The notes below the pieces were generated by a model that worked only from the letters and a program-made list of their open reading frames with translations, had not been told where the DNA came from and did not search any database. A stretch of DNA of 64,000 bases. It comes from Octopus sinensis. Taxonomy: Eukaryota. The DNA is taken from the NCBI RefSeq assembly GCF_006345805.1, contig NC_043015.1, forward strand, positions 28,954,001 through 29,018,000, in the 5' to 3' direction. Shown here one piece after another: positions 54,750 through 61,421 of this stretch; within the stretch, counting starts at the first letter, position 1, and every line of letters begins with the position of its first letter. Position numbers and translations under genes: made by a program.

Positions 54750-55792
54750 CTCAAAAGAAAGCAGATACCATCATTTCTGAAAGATTTATTTCTAACGACA
54801 AAATAGTCTAATGATGCATTTAGATACTTAATCTAGACATGCCTCATGCAGGTTTTAATTATTTACCTCATTTAGGCATTCTACTAATGAGTAGTGTCCA
54901 CACAGATAATACAGTATAATGAGGTGTGTCGGTTTACTTTTGAGATGTGTGTTGTTTTTTGTATGTCAATACAATTTCTCTATCAGTATGTTTACAAAGA
55001 CACTTACTTGTAAGGTAACAGCAACACATCCATTACATAGTCCAAAAACAATCGGCTGATATTTGGTCTCTCTGAGAATTGATACATCTGTTCAAGTTTG
55101 GAAGGATCACTTGGAATTTTCACATGCTGTAAAGCTGGCACCAACAACTGGAATAAACTGTGTTTAAAAAGAAAAACAAAACAAAACAATTTCATTAGGG
55201 ATACACTAAAAAGATCCATTAAGAGTTCTATTTTACTTTCCATTTTAAAGAAGATCAAGCGTGATCGTTACCAATGTCGCCCTACTGGCACCTGTGCCGG
55301 TGGCATGTGTAAAAAGATAAGAGCGTATTGTTGAGAGTATGGATGATGAAGTCACTGTTGGACAGGCACTTGTTTACATACTCAGTCTTGGACTCATTGA
55401 GATAAAGACCTACACAATTTGTAGTCAATACTATAAAGTATAAGGAACATACACATGTTTCATCAAACTGCCATAACTAACTACGTAATAGTTGGAGAAG
55501 CATTATATAATCTAGCAATTTACCTCATCAGTGATCCACAATAAATATGACAACAAATATTGAAGGGTAAATATAAATACATTTTTCCAGTTATGCAAAC
55601 TATCAACAACTCTGTATGCTGCACAATGTAGCAGAGGCCCCCCCCCCAAAATATGGACCATAAATGCACATACCTGTCCTGCTGGGGTTGTGGTCGGCCT
55701 TCAATACAGTTTAATAAGTTTGGTATGAGTTCTGCTTGCTGAGCAGGTTCAAGCCGAGGGTAACCTTTCTTAATATAAAGTATAGTAAAATT
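196..55792 (-). CDS. ECM29: Proteasome adaptor and scaffold protein ECM29 (spliced, 45 coding exons in window, partial at both ends)
   Basis: Exon translations match remembered human ECPAS colinearly ([92 protein letters not shown]). All junctions are GT-AG and phases chain without a frameshift (5005 nt). Confidence 0.96.
335..710 (+). mobile_element. SINE family A (tRNA-like head, CORE-like ccttgggcaag block, central TA/TG microsatellite, tail ...cagtcaaatgactgaaacaagtaaaagag)
   Basis: More than 15 near-identical copies in the window, on both strands. Confidence 0.85.
1110..1372 (+). mobile_element. Retroposon family C (ggcacgtaaaaagcac modules, aggaagggcatccagctgtag block, (gat)n tail)
   Basis: Multi-copy, 5'-variable, 3' microsatellite tail. 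Confidence 0.8.
1595..1700 (-). CDS. ECM29: ECM29 exon
   Basis: [34 protein letters not shown]. Confidence 0.9.
1880..2175 (-). mobile_element. SINE family D (tRNA-like head plus ttgagcaagacactt...ctccagtccactcagctg body), tail type 1
   Basis: Shares head and body with 20140-20380 and 51255-51590. Confidence 0.7.
2520..2775 (+). mobile_element. Degenerate LINE (RTE-like) 3' fragment
   Basis: LRWLGHA...[20 protein letters not shown] motifs with frameshifts. Confidence 0.6.
2880..3003 (-). CDS. ECM29: ECM29 exon
   Basis: [10 protein letters not shown]...[23 protein letters not shown]. Confidence 0.92.
3766..3975. repeat. (GAT/GGT)n compound microsatellite
   Basis: Seen directly; explains the poly-P/S and poly-M/V ORFs. 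Confidence 0.95.
3995..4141 (-). CDS. ECM29: ECM29 exon
   Basis: [21 protein letters not shown]...KVDRFE. Confidence 0.92.
4667..4721 (-). CDS. ECM29: ECM29 exon (55 nt)
   Basis: [18 protein letters not shown]; low similarity but phases fit both neighbours. Confidence 0.8.
4878..5384. mobile_element. pogo/Tigger-like MITE
   Basis: TIRs ccgtaaatacttgagtataa and ttatactcgaggatttacgg, flanked by TA; partial second copy at about 35030-35391. Confidence 0.75.
5660..5711. repeat. Palindrome with 24-bp arms
   Basis: ttcagagttgtctcccttgcagac-tgat-gtctacaagggagacaactctgaa. Confidence 0.85.
6264..6307 (-). CDS. ECM29: ECM29 exon (44 nt)
   Basis: [14 protein letters not shown]. Confidence 0.88.
6430..6905 (+). 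mobile_element. Retroposon family C with an internal 63-bp minisatellite (about 4.5 units)
   Basis: Unit gctggtggctcgtaaaaagcaccatccgctcgtagccgtttgccagccccgtctggcacctgt; gives 21-aa repeats in several frames. Confidence 0.88.
7180..7547 (-). mobile_element. Non-autonomous Helitron-like element (second family)
   Basis: Minus strand starts tctctatatatataaa and ends with hairpin ctatgacctgg/ccaggtcatag plus CTAG. Confidence 0.6.
8345..8556 (-). CDS. ECM29: ECM29 exon
   Basis: [14 protein letters not shown]...[13 protein letters not shown]; weak donor GTCCGA. Confidence 0.93.
8610..9250. repeat. Degenerate ~40-bp minisatellite interrupted by a family C copy (about 8810-9182)
   Basis: Repeated cagtgccctgtcaatacaaaaccattttct-like units on both sides of the insertion. 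Confidence 0.65.
9738..9791 (-). CDS. ECM29: ECM29 exon (54 nt)
   Basis: [17 protein letters not shown]. Confidence 0.9.
11246..11627 (+). mobile_element. SINE family A
   Basis: Near full-length copy; tail abuts an exon donor. Confidence 0.85.
11633..11770 (-). CDS. ECM29: ECM29 exon
   Basis: [39 protein letters not shown]. Confidence 0.93.
11955..12169 (-). mobile_element. SINE family B (ggcgagctggcagaa head; gactttgcctttcatcctttcggggtcgataaa core)
   Basis: Multi-copy; the core resembles the Meta/MESC SINE domain from memory, unverified. Confidence 0.8.
12922..12985 (-). CDS. ECM29: ECM29 exon
   Basis: [21 protein letters not shown]. Confidence 0.93.
13100..13320. mobile_element. TTAA-type (piggyBac-like) MITE family 1
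   Basis: Homologous to the intact copies at 46846-47065 and 62440-62662. Confidence 0.7.
13810..14068 (-). mobile_element. RTE-like LINE 3' fragment
   Basis: [34 protein letters not shown]; related copies at about 18100-18345 and 58560-59090. Confidence 0.75.
14066..14440. repeat. CpG-rich tandem repeat, 205-bp period, about 1.8 units
   Basis: ttccccgctcgtcta at 14066 and 14271, with colinear downstream similarity. Confidence 0.8.
14538..14629 (-). CDS. ECM29: ECM29 exon
   Basis: [30 protein letters not shown]. Confidence 0.93.
14908..15366. mobile_element. TTAA-type MITE family 2 with a nested family C copy (about 14960-15230)
   Basis: Ends cccattagcatttaaa...aaagcgttaa, homologous to 21748-22371. 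Confidence 0.6.
15660..15726 (-). CDS. ECM29: ECM29 exon
   Basis: [22 protein letters not shown]. Confidence 0.93.
15887..15976 (-). CDS. ECM29: ECM29 exon
   Basis: [30 protein letters not shown]. Confidence 0.94.
16139..16359. mobile_element. TTAA-type MITE family 1 nested in a family 2 MITE
   Basis: ttaa-ccctttcggtac...gtaacaaaaggg-tcaa. Confidence 0.75.
16802..16861 (-). CDS. ECM29: ECM29 exon
   Basis: [20 protein letters not shown]. Confidence 0.92.
17105..17618. mobile_element. SINE B cluster: minus-strand dimer with a plus-strand copy inserted
   Basis: 14-bp TSD tatattgaccccag at 17361 and 17605. Confidence 0.85.
17784..17949 (-). CDS. ECM29: ECM29 exon
   Basis: [20 protein letters not shown]...LEPQVMNYL...QEK. 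Confidence 0.94.
18473..18864 (-). mobile_element. SINE family A
   Basis: Full-length copy. Confidence 0.85.
18932..19053 (-). CDS. ECM29: ECM29 exon
   Basis: [40 protein letters not shown]. Confidence 0.92.
19256..19580 (+). mobile_element. SINE family A
   Basis: 5'-truncated copy. Confidence 0.85.
19715..19762 (-). CDS. ECM29: ECM29 exon (48 nt)
   Basis: [16 protein letters not shown]. Confidence 0.92.
20140..20380 (-). mobile_element. SINE family D, tail type 2 (gcgatggactggcgtcccgtccag, V-SINE-like)
   Basis: tRNA-like head; tail shared with 59965-60270 and about 18020-18100. Confidence 0.7.
20466..20767 (+). mobile_element. Retroposon family C
   Basis: Three modules plus (gat)n tail. 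Confidence 0.8.
21079..21495 (+). mobile_element. SINE family A
   Basis: Full-length copy. Confidence 0.85.
21528..21633 (-). CDS. ECM29: ECM29 exon
   Basis: [35 protein letters not shown]. Confidence 0.93.
21748..22371. mobile_element. TTAA-type MITE family 2 containing a minus-strand CR1 3' fragment (about 21835-22225)
   Basis: ttaa-cccttta...taaaggg ends; insert reads [20 protein letters not shown] with a (tta)n tail. Confidence 0.75.
22925..23004 (-). CDS. ECM29: ECM29 exon
   Basis: [26 protein letters not shown]. Confidence 0.93.
23770..24025 (-). mobile_element. Retroposon family C
   Basis: Homology to the other copies. Confidence 0.8.
24109..24279 (-). CDS. ECM29: ECM29 exon
   Basis: [51 protein letters not shown]. 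Confidence 0.95.
24646..24763 (-). CDS. ECM29: ECM29 exon
   Basis: [39 protein letters not shown]. Confidence 0.95.
24960..25194 (-). mobile_element. SINE family B
   Basis: Full-length monomer. Confidence 0.82.
26222..26595 (-). mobile_element. RTE (BovB-like) LINE 3' fragment
   Basis: Minus strand: ..[48 protein letters not shown]; (tga)n tail. Confidence 0.8.
26639..26946 (+). mobile_element. Non-autonomous Helitron
   Basis: 5' TC, 3' hairpin cctgagcaacgccggg plus CTAG, inserted between A and T with no TSD. Confidence 0.8.
27245..27345 (-). pseudogene. 5S rRNA-derived sequence (pseudogene or SINE3 head)
   Basis: Reverse complement atcatgttgaaagcaccggttctcgtccaatcaccgaagttaagcaatgtcaagcctagttagtacttaggtgggtgaccgcttgggaaacctaggtgct matches invertebrate 5S rRNA; the terminal helix ends are missing. 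Confidence 0.9.
27448..27516 (-). CDS. ECM29: ECM29 exon
   Basis: [22 protein letters not shown]. Confidence 0.92.
27818..28221 (+). mobile_element. Non-autonomous Helitron (same ends, different interior)
   Basis: TC start; cccgagcaatgccggg hairpin plus CTAG end. Confidence 0.78.
28285..28399 (-). CDS. ECM29: ECM29 exon
   Basis: [15 protein letters not shown]...LVDTLLTGK. Confidence 0.93.
28994..29108 (-). CDS. ECM29: ECM29 exon
   Basis: [16 protein letters not shown]...[13 protein letters not shown]. Confidence 0.93.
29734..29826 (-). CDS. ECM29: ECM29 exon
   Basis: [31 protein letters not shown]. Confidence 0.9.
29882..30125 (-). mobile_element. SINE family B
   Basis: Full-length monomer. 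Confidence 0.82.
30325..30438 (-). CDS. ECM29: ECM29 exon
   Basis: [20 protein letters not shown]...DFQ. Confidence 0.92.
30585..30800. repeat. (TA)n microsatellite
   Basis: Seen directly. Confidence 0.95.
30814..30915 (-). CDS. ECM29: ECM29 exon
   Basis: [34 protein letters not shown]. Confidence 0.92.
31445..31560. repeat. Inverted repeat with 39-bp arms (MITE-like hairpin)
   Basis: ataagggtgtctgagagacaccaccatgctgaaatagca and its near-perfect reverse complement. Confidence 0.85.
32090..32405 (+). mobile_element. Degenerate mariner transposase C-terminal remnant
   Basis: Decayed PDLAP..YYF region followed by [25 protein letters not shown]....QHDGLY. Confidence 0.6.
32440..32880 (+). mobile_element. 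RTE LINE 3' fragment
   Basis: [38 protein letters not shown]. Confidence 0.85.
32921..33117 (-). CDS. ECM29: ECM29 exon
   Basis: [29 protein letters not shown]...DAMK. Confidence 0.93.
33407..33743 (+). mobile_element. SINE family A
   Basis: 5'-truncated copy. Confidence 0.82.
33902..34046 (-). CDS. ECM29: ECM29 exon
   Basis: [20 protein letters not shown]...KTLKKL. Confidence 0.9.
34073..34369 (-). mobile_element. Non-autonomous Helitron
   Basis: Reverse-complement copy of 26639-26946. Confidence 0.8.
35637..35771 (-). CDS. ECM29: ECM29 exon
   Basis: [21 protein letters not shown]...ENLDTN. Confidence 0.88.
35977..36035 (+). ncRNA. Type I hammerhead ribozyme-like motif
   Basis: attcca-CTGATGA-ggc..gcattt/aaatgc..gtc(a)-GAAA-tccggga-TC-tggaat; helix I attcca/tggaat. 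Confidence 0.6.
36360..36735 (+). mobile_element. CR1 LINE 3' fragment
   Basis: [24 protein letters not shown]; same family as the 21835-22225 insert. Confidence 0.8.
37634..37725 (-). CDS. ECM29: ECM29 exon
   Basis: [30 protein letters not shown]. Confidence 0.92.
37950..38323 (+). mobile_element. SINE family A
   Basis: Full-length copy. Confidence 0.85.
38695..38912 (+). mobile_element. Retroposon family C
   Basis: Homology plus (gat)n tail. Confidence 0.8.
38996..39215 (-). CDS. ECM29: ECM29 exon
   Basis: [14 protein letters not shown]...[17 protein letters not shown]. Confidence 0.92.
39428..39832 (-). mobile_element. SINE family A
   Basis: Full-length copy. Confidence 0.85.
40149..40229 (-). 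CDS. ECM29: ECM29 exon
   Basis: [27 protein letters not shown]. Confidence 0.9.
40516..40642 (-). CDS. ECM29: ECM29 exon
   Basis: [12 protein letters not shown]...[14 protein letters not shown]. Confidence 0.9.
40886..41181 (+). mobile_element. Non-autonomous Helitron, 3' CTAG lost
   Basis: Homologous to 26639-26946. Confidence 0.75.
41592..41970. repeat. (GAT/GGT/GGA)n compound microsatellite
   Basis: Seen directly; explains the poly-H, poly-D/G and poly-M/V ORFs. Confidence 0.95.
41983..42086 (-). CDS. ECM29: ECM29 exon
   Basis: [34 protein letters not shown]. Confidence 0.93.
42197..42611 (-). mobile_element. SINE family B dimer
   Basis: Two tandem bodies with the junction gacgaaatacctatttctttac. 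Confidence 0.85.
43280..43402 (-). CDS. ECM29: ECM29 exon
   Basis: [20 protein letters not shown]...[11 protein letters not shown]. Confidence 0.92.
44464..44580 (-). CDS. ECM29: ECM29 exon
   Basis: [39 protein letters not shown]. Confidence 0.92.
44788..45693 (-). mobile_element. Two family C copies (about 44788-45050 and 45345-45693) around an old plus-strand SINE B-like copy
   Basis: Homology; the second C copy has four diverged modules. Confidence 0.7.
45897..45972 (-). CDS. ECM29: ECM29 exon
   Basis: [25 protein letters not shown]. Confidence 0.87.
46327..47080. mobile_element. Old foldback element with degenerate long TIRs and a nested TTAA MITE (46846-47065)
   Basis: 46327-46450 is similar to the reverse complement of 46720-46845 plus 47066-47080; the MITE has TTAA on both sides. 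Confidence 0.65.
47730..47958 (-). mobile_element. SINE family A (5' half)
   Basis: Homology. Confidence 0.8.
48425..48510 (-). CDS. ECM29: ECM29 exon
   Basis: [28 protein letters not shown]. Confidence 0.9.
48834..48953 (-). CDS. ECM29: ECM29 exon
   Basis: [40 protein letters not shown]. Confidence 0.9.
49382..49460 (-). CDS. ECM29: ECM29 exon
   Basis: [26 protein letters not shown]. Confidence 0.9.
50143..50494 (-). mobile_element. SINE family A with an internal deletion
   Basis: Homology. Confidence 0.82.
50763..50804 (-). CDS. ECM29: ECM29 exon (42 nt)
   Basis: [13 protein letters not shown]; phases fit the neighbouring exons. Confidence 0.9.
51255..51590 (+). mobile_element. SINE family D, tail type 3 (tail partly repeated at about 51685-51765)
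   Basis: tRNA-like head ggcacatggctcggtg...gagttcaattcc and the shared body. Confidence 0.7.
52202..53024 (+). mobile_element. Internally deleted mariner element with a nested family C copy (about 52273-52580)
   Basis: TA-flanked degenerate TIRs; [16 protein letters not shown] transposase motif. Confidence 0.85.
53295..53492. repeat. Perfect 60-bp tandem repeat, about 3.3 units
   Basis: aaaaaactgaatggaaacctgcaatcagcagtgttatgaaagacgatatgcatttgtatt repeated. Confidence 0.92.
53702..53945 (-). mobile_element. Retroposon family C next to a Tc1-like end
   Basis: Homology; Tc1-like terminus ttttttgtggggcaccctg at about 53982-54000. Confidence 0.7.
54061..54282 (-). CDS. ECM29: ECM29 exon
   Basis: ...[32 protein letters not shown]...ADTRH. 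Confidence 0.93.
54358..54562 (-). mobile_element. Penelope-like terminal-repeat fragment carrying a degenerate hammerhead (about 54456-54490)
   Basis: Minus strand gttt-CCGACGA-a-gagctccactc-GAAA-catta-aac, embedded in TA/CA microsatellites. Confidence 0.6.
55008..55157 (-). CDS. ECM29: ECM29 exon
   Basis: [15 protein letters not shown]...[13 protein letters not shown]. Confidence 0.93.
55444..55537 (-). ncRNA. Type I hammerhead-like motif with an extended helix II
   Basis: ggatca-CTGATGA-ggtaaattgcta...tggcagtttgat-GAAA-catgtg-TA-tgttcc. Confidence 0.5.
55674..55792 (-). CDS. ECM29: ECM29 exon (first found in window)
   Basis: [39 protein letters not shown]; AG/GT boundaries. Confidence 0.93.
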
Positions 55793-55855
55793 CTGCAACA
55801 GAAGAAAACAATAGTAAAAAGCCATCATCATTTATTTGCATTGGAAAACCAGGAG

Positions 55856-55904
<49 letters not shown>

Positions 55905-56332
55905 TAAGATACATATATAGGGTAGTGAATATTCATTATAAATATCACCACCAGTGGCCTAGCACATATAAAATAGTCAATAGACAACATACTCATATTT
56001 TAAAATAGTGTACATTTAAACACAAAAGAAAACTACCTTTTAACAGGTAATTTTTACATGCTAGAAATAGCAGCCAACAGAGTCAAAACGATTTAATAGC
56101 AATTTTCGAAGTAAATGAAAAATAAAAACTTTTACCTTGTTATTTTTATTAGCGGTTATGATGACAATGGTGATGATATATATGTAACAAAACAGGAAAG
56201 TGAAAATTTTTTGGTATTATTAATTCTCCATTACACAGGTTTCATTTGTTAATAGGAATTCCAAAGATTTTACATATTATATAGACAAGTGAGGAATTTA
56301 TATGTCTATATAATATACATATTATATAGACA

Positions 56333-57005
56333 TCAGAGGAAAGAGATGAAGTGGTAGAGTTGTTCACAAGAGAGGGAGGTGGCACCTATACAGTCATCTA
56401 TGTAGTGACCGTATAGCTCTGTGGTCGGCCCAGAGAATTGGGAGAATACTTGGGCCTCAGTGTGACCAACAAATAGGTTGGCGAAATTAGGGCCCATTCT
56501 CGTTCCCATTGCAACCCCAGACTGCTGTTGGTAGGTCTTCCTGGCAAACGTAAAGCAGTTGAGGGTGAGGACGAGCTCTGCCAGACGAAGAAGGGTGGAG
56601 GTGCTGGGCGTGGGGTCAGGGCGACTGTTATTATGGGGAATTACTGTGTATAGTGATTTGATGTCTAAGGTGAAGAGGTGTGAGGGACCAGGAGGGAAGG
56701 AAAAGGAATTGAAGAGGTGAAGAGTGTGATTAATGTCGTGTATGTGGGATGGGAGGGCAGCAATTAAAGGGGACAGGATGCAGTCAAGGTATTTTGAAAT
56801 GAGTTCGGTGGGGCAATTGCAGGTGGAAACAATGAGGTGGCCAGGGTTGTTGGGTTTATGCATTTTGGGAAGGAAATAGATGGTGGATGTATGGGGGTGT
56901 TTGGATGATGAGGTTGGTGGCAAGGGCAGAAGAGGAAACAAGGTCATGGATGGTGGAGGACACGTGCTGTTGGTAGGAAGAGGTGGGGTTGGAGGGGAGA
57001 GAAAG
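56333..57005 (-). mobile_element. Penelope-like element reverse transcriptase fragment
   Basis: YFLPKMHKPNNPG..IVS..CPTE, LFTLDIKSLYTVIPH, YQQQSGVAMGTRMGPNFANLF, YIDD. Confidence 0.9.
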
Positions 57006-58042
57006 AGACAGGTATATATGTATGAATGCATCTATATATCTTTGTGCATGTGTGTATGTTTATACTTGTTTGCACAAACATTGTCATTTGATGTCTTCGC
57101 TTAAAGCTGCCTGAGTAAAATGCTAATGTAATACTTACGTTCCCTGTTGACAATACATCTTGCTGCTTTGTACTTTCAGTACTTTCAAAGATCAGCAGAG
57201 TAAAACATTATCTTGCTTGAAAAACAGGTAAGGAATGGCAACAAGAAGGGGATCCAGCCACAAATGCAGACTTAAATAAGTCCCCATCCAACCCATGCCA
57301 GCATGGAAAAAACAGACATAAAATGTATGAAGAAACAAATCTTTTATCTCCCTTGTTTTATATTTTACTTATTTCTGTCACCGGACTGTGGTCATGCTGG
57401 AGCATAGCCTTGAATGCTAACTTTATTTCCATCTTTATTAATACAATTTTGTCATTTCATGTTGCCATAAACCCTTATCTTCAACAAAAAATATAAACCC
57501 AGTCATATGCAAAAGAAAAAAAAACCCCACCCAAAATACAATTTTACAAATTCTGATATTTGACATTGCCTTTGATCCCATTTCTGAGTCTGGTATCCAC
57601 CAGGGTGTTAAACTTCAGTTCAGTGACTCATCTTATACATATGTACTGGTTGACATAACGCTATGCCTCTGTACAGTTACCATGGAGAGCCAATTAACCT
57701 ATGCAAACATGAAGCATTCTGGACAATGAACTGAATAGCAATGATGGTGATAATACTAGTGACAACAACAATAACAACACCAGCAGATTTGATTTGTTTT
57801 GTCATACAAATCAATACAGCACACACTGTGTCAGATGCTCATTTTTATTGAATATTTTATTTATCTCCTTCAAGCGCAATAAAAGTCTCTAGCTTTTTAT
57901 CTTATAGTCAGGAGTAAGGCAGTGTTCATTACTCTTCATAAGGCCCCTGAGAACTTGTGGACAGAACAGAGGCAAGATACACCCCATACTGGAACCTTGA
58001 CTAAAATGTTTACTAGATAGGGGACACCGCTAAAGAGACCAT

Positions 58043-58500
58043 CATCATTATTTAACATCCATTCTCCATGCTGGCATGGGTTGGATGGTTTATCATGGAG
58101 CTGGCCAGATTCCAGTTGTGGCATGGTTTCTACAGCTAGATGCCTTTCCTAATGCCAACCTATTTCTTTACTACCCACAAGGGGCTAAACATAGAGGGGA
58201 CAAACAAGGACAGACAAATGGATTAAGTCGATTACATCGACCCCCCCCAGTGCATAACTGGTACTTATTTAATCGACCTCGAAAGGATGAAAGGCAAAGT
58301 CAACCTTGGCGGAATTTGAACTCAGAACGTAACAGCAGACAAAATACCTCTAAGCATTTCGTCCGGCGTGCTAACGTCTCTGCCAGCTCGCCGCCTTATC
58401 CAACCACTCAACAGAGAGTGCTGGGTGCTTTTTACATGTCACTGGCTCAGGCACAATTATGCAGCACCAGCTTGGGCACTTTACGTGGTACCAGCACCTG
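58043..58500 (-). mobile_element. Family C copy interrupted by SINE B (about 58160-58396)
   Basis: ccaacc occurs on both sides of the SINE B insertion. Confidence 0.72.
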
Positions 58501-58721
58501 AAATGACAAGCCTGTATATATGGAAGACAGCAATTTTACCTGGCTTAATGTGTCTAATCAAGTACAGTAAATCACCACACCTCCCGACCCCTTGTCATTT
58601 CATCAGTGAGGCCCAGCATCCAAAGATCTTTTCTCACCACTTTATCCCACATCTTCCTGGGTCAACTCCTTCCACAGGTTCCCTCCACAATCCATACGCA
58701 TCACATGACCAAACCAGCACA

Positions 58722-58974
58722 AACTTGTGAAAGGTAAGAGAGTCCAGTTTGCTGGACATTGTTGTAGAGCTGAAAACGAGGCAATTTCTACTCTTCTCCT
58801 CTGGAAGCCATCTACTCGCAATACCAGAGGGCGCACACTCTCCTACCCTGATGTAATCTCCAGGGATACAGGCATCCAGCAACAGGACCTCCGTAATGCC
58901 ATGATGGACCGTGAAGTCTGGCGTAGCATGGTAAATTCCATTGTCTCGACCACGGTCGAACAATGATGATGAAA
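58722..58974 (+). mobile_element. RTE-type LINE 3' end inserted into an oppositely oriented RTE fragment
   Basis: RVQFAGHCCRA..LLLWKP..RGR; 11-bp TSD aaaccagcaca at 58711 and 58975. Confidence 0.8.
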
Positions 58975-59534
58975 AAACCAGCACAGCCTTCTCTCCTGCA
59001 CACATCTGATGCCTCTTATACCCAGTATTCCCCTTAAATCATTTACATACTGTCATGCATGCACACAGACATTACCAATCCTCTGCAGTCAATACCTAAA
59101 CCAGGTGAGAGGTAAGTCTATTACCTAAGTAGGCCAAGGTAGAAATTTGAACTCAGGAAAGCACAGGTCTGGCTGTGTGTTTAAGAAGTTTGCTTTCCAA
59201 CCACATTTCAGGTTCAATCCCACTGCTTGGTAAGTATATTAGGACAAGTATCTTCTATTATAGTCCCAAGCCAACCAAAACCTTGTGAGCAAATTTTGGT
59301 ATATGGAAACTATCAGAAACCTGTAATGTATATGTGTGTGTGCATGTGTATGTATGTGTGCACGCGTGGACACACACAATGGGCTTCTACAGCTTCCATT
59401 TACCAAGTTCACTCACAAAGTACTGGCCAGTCCAACGCTATAGTACATTTGCTCAAGGTGCCTCACAGTGAGACTGAACCTGAAATAATGTGATTGCAAA
59501 GCAAGCTTTTTAACCACATAAGCCACGCCCCTCT

Positions 59535-59887
59535 CTTTGCTCTTTTACTTGTTTCAGTCATTTGACTGTGGCCATGCTGGAGCAACTCGACCCCAGGACT
59601 TATTCTTTTGTAAGCCCAGTACTGATTGTATCGGTCTCTTTTGTCGAACCGCTAAGTAACGGGGACATAAACACACCAGGATCGGTTGTCAAGCAATGCT
59701 AGGGGGACAAACACACGCATATATATATATATATATACAACGGGCTTCTTTCAGTTTCCGTCTACCAAATCCACTCACAAGGCTTTGGTCAGCCTGAGGC
59801 TATAGTAGAAGACACGCAGTGGGACTGAACCCGGAACCATGTGGTTGGTAAACAAGCTACTTACCACACAAGCCACGCCTGCCCCTA
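59535..59887 (-). mobile_element. SINE family A
   Basis: Homology. Confidence 0.82.
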
Positions 59888-59964
59888 TTGTTAATTTTGA
59901 AAAAAAATACAAAGGATCAATTAGACCTTAGCCACACTTTCTGATAACTGCAGTCATTGTTGTT

Positions 59965-60270
59965 GTTGTTTGTTCCTTCTCAAGCCATGCCTGGCTCATA
60001 AGGGCCAGTTTCTCGGTTTCTTGGCGTATAGGTTCCCCACCTGGACGGGACGCCGGTCCGTCGCAGGTGAGCTGCAAGATGCAGGAGGAAAGAGTAAGAG
60101 AAAGTTGTGGTGAGAGAGTCAGCAGAAGTTCGCCATTACCTTCTGCCGGAGCTGCGTGGGGCTTAGGTGTTTCGCTCATAAACACACACATCACCCGGTC
60201 TGAGATCTGAACCTGCGATCCCTCGACTGCGAGTCCGCTGCTCTAACCACTAGAACATGTGCCTCCACAC
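59965..60270 (-). mobile_element. tRNA-derived SINE with a V-SINE-like block and (aac)n tail
   Basis: Head ggaggcacatgttctagtggttagagcagcggactcgc; ggcgtcccgtccagg block. Confidence 0.7.
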
Positions 60271-60415
60271 ACTGCAGTTGTTGTTTAACCTTAAAGTCAA
60301 TTTTGATCAAACAGACCTATGATCAAAAGCATTCGAGCTGTGACCAACCGGTCTTTTCAGAGGATGTCTAAAATTACATTATTTAATGCATCTTTTTTTT
60401 TTTTGTTAAATAGTA

Positions 60416-60581
60416 AGGCGCAGGAGTGGCTGTGTGGTAGGTAGCTTGCTAACCAACCACATGGTTCCGGGTTCAGTCCCACTGCATGGCATCTTGAGCA
60501 AGTGTCCTCTGCTATAGCCTCGGGCCGACCAAAGCCTTGTGAGTGGATTTGGTAGACGGAAACTGAAAGAAGCCTGTCGTA

Positions 60582-60630
<49 letters not shown>

Positions 60631-60838
60631 ATATGTTTGTGTGTCTGTGTTTGTCCCTCTAGCATTGCTTGACAACCGATGCTGGTGTGTTTACGTCCCC
60701 GTCACTTAGCAGTTCGGCAAAAGAGACCGATAGAATAAGTACTGGGCTTACAAAAGAATAAGTCCCGGGGTTGATTTGCTCGACTAAAGGCGGTGCTCCA
60801 GCATGGCCGCAGTCTAAATGACTGAAACAGGTAAAAGA
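60416..60838 (+). mobile_element. SINE family A
   Basis: Full-length copy; tail interrupted by CR1. Confidence 0.85.
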
Positions 60839-61421
60839 CGGTCATTCAGAATGCTCACAGCAGCCATATTCCTACCACTCTATGTCACCCTGGTGAGACC
60901 CATATTGGAGTACGGGATTCAAGCCTCTTCTCCTTATCTCCTCAAAGACATACAGCATCTCGAAAGAGTCCAGAAGCTGGCTACCCGCATGGTTCATGGT
61001 CTCAAAAATTAGTCCTACGAAGAAAGGCTGAAGACACTCGACCTTTATTCTCTTGAAAAACGCCGCTGCCGTGGTGATCTCATTCTCGCCCACAACATCA
61101 TAAGCGGAAAGTGTAACCTCTCGAAAGAGCTGTTCTTCACTCCTGCTCCAGAGCGTCGGCTGCGGGGTCATTCTGAAAAGCTCTACCTGCGACAATTTCA
61201 TCTCAATCGAAGGAGAGGAGCTTTCTCCGTCCGGGTTGCAGATCCGTGGAACAAGCTGCCAGACGAGATGGTGAAGATGCCGACGACCGCTTTGTTCAAA
61301 GCCTCCCTTGACCTCAAGTGGCCTGAACTCTTTACATGAACACCACCCTGTACATAACTCCATGTCCCCCTACATGGCCTTGCTATTTGCTTTTGAGCCA
61401 AATTAACTAACTAACTAACTA
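60839..61421 (+). mobile_element. Young 5'-truncated CR1 LINE
   Basis: LYVTLVRPILEY..LERVQKLATRMV..YEERL..RGDLI..WNKLP; one internal stop; (taac)n tail; TSD gtaaaaga. Confidence 0.9.

Noticed and set aside
56333-57031. Intact or domesticated reverse transcriptase gene
   Set aside because: Truncated just after YIDD, with an apparent internal deletion, no GIY-YIG endonuclease domain and a start in low-complexity sequence; a Penelope relic.
57139-57185. Strong minus-strand donor GTAAGTA at about 57138 as a possible upstream ECM29 exon
   Set aside because: No frame resembles the expected N-terminal ECM29 sequence and the acceptor is unconvincing; I found no upstream exons in 55.8-64 kb.
60416-60490. 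tRNA genes
   Set aside because: The tRNA-like A/B-box segments are SINE heads without a full cloverleaf.
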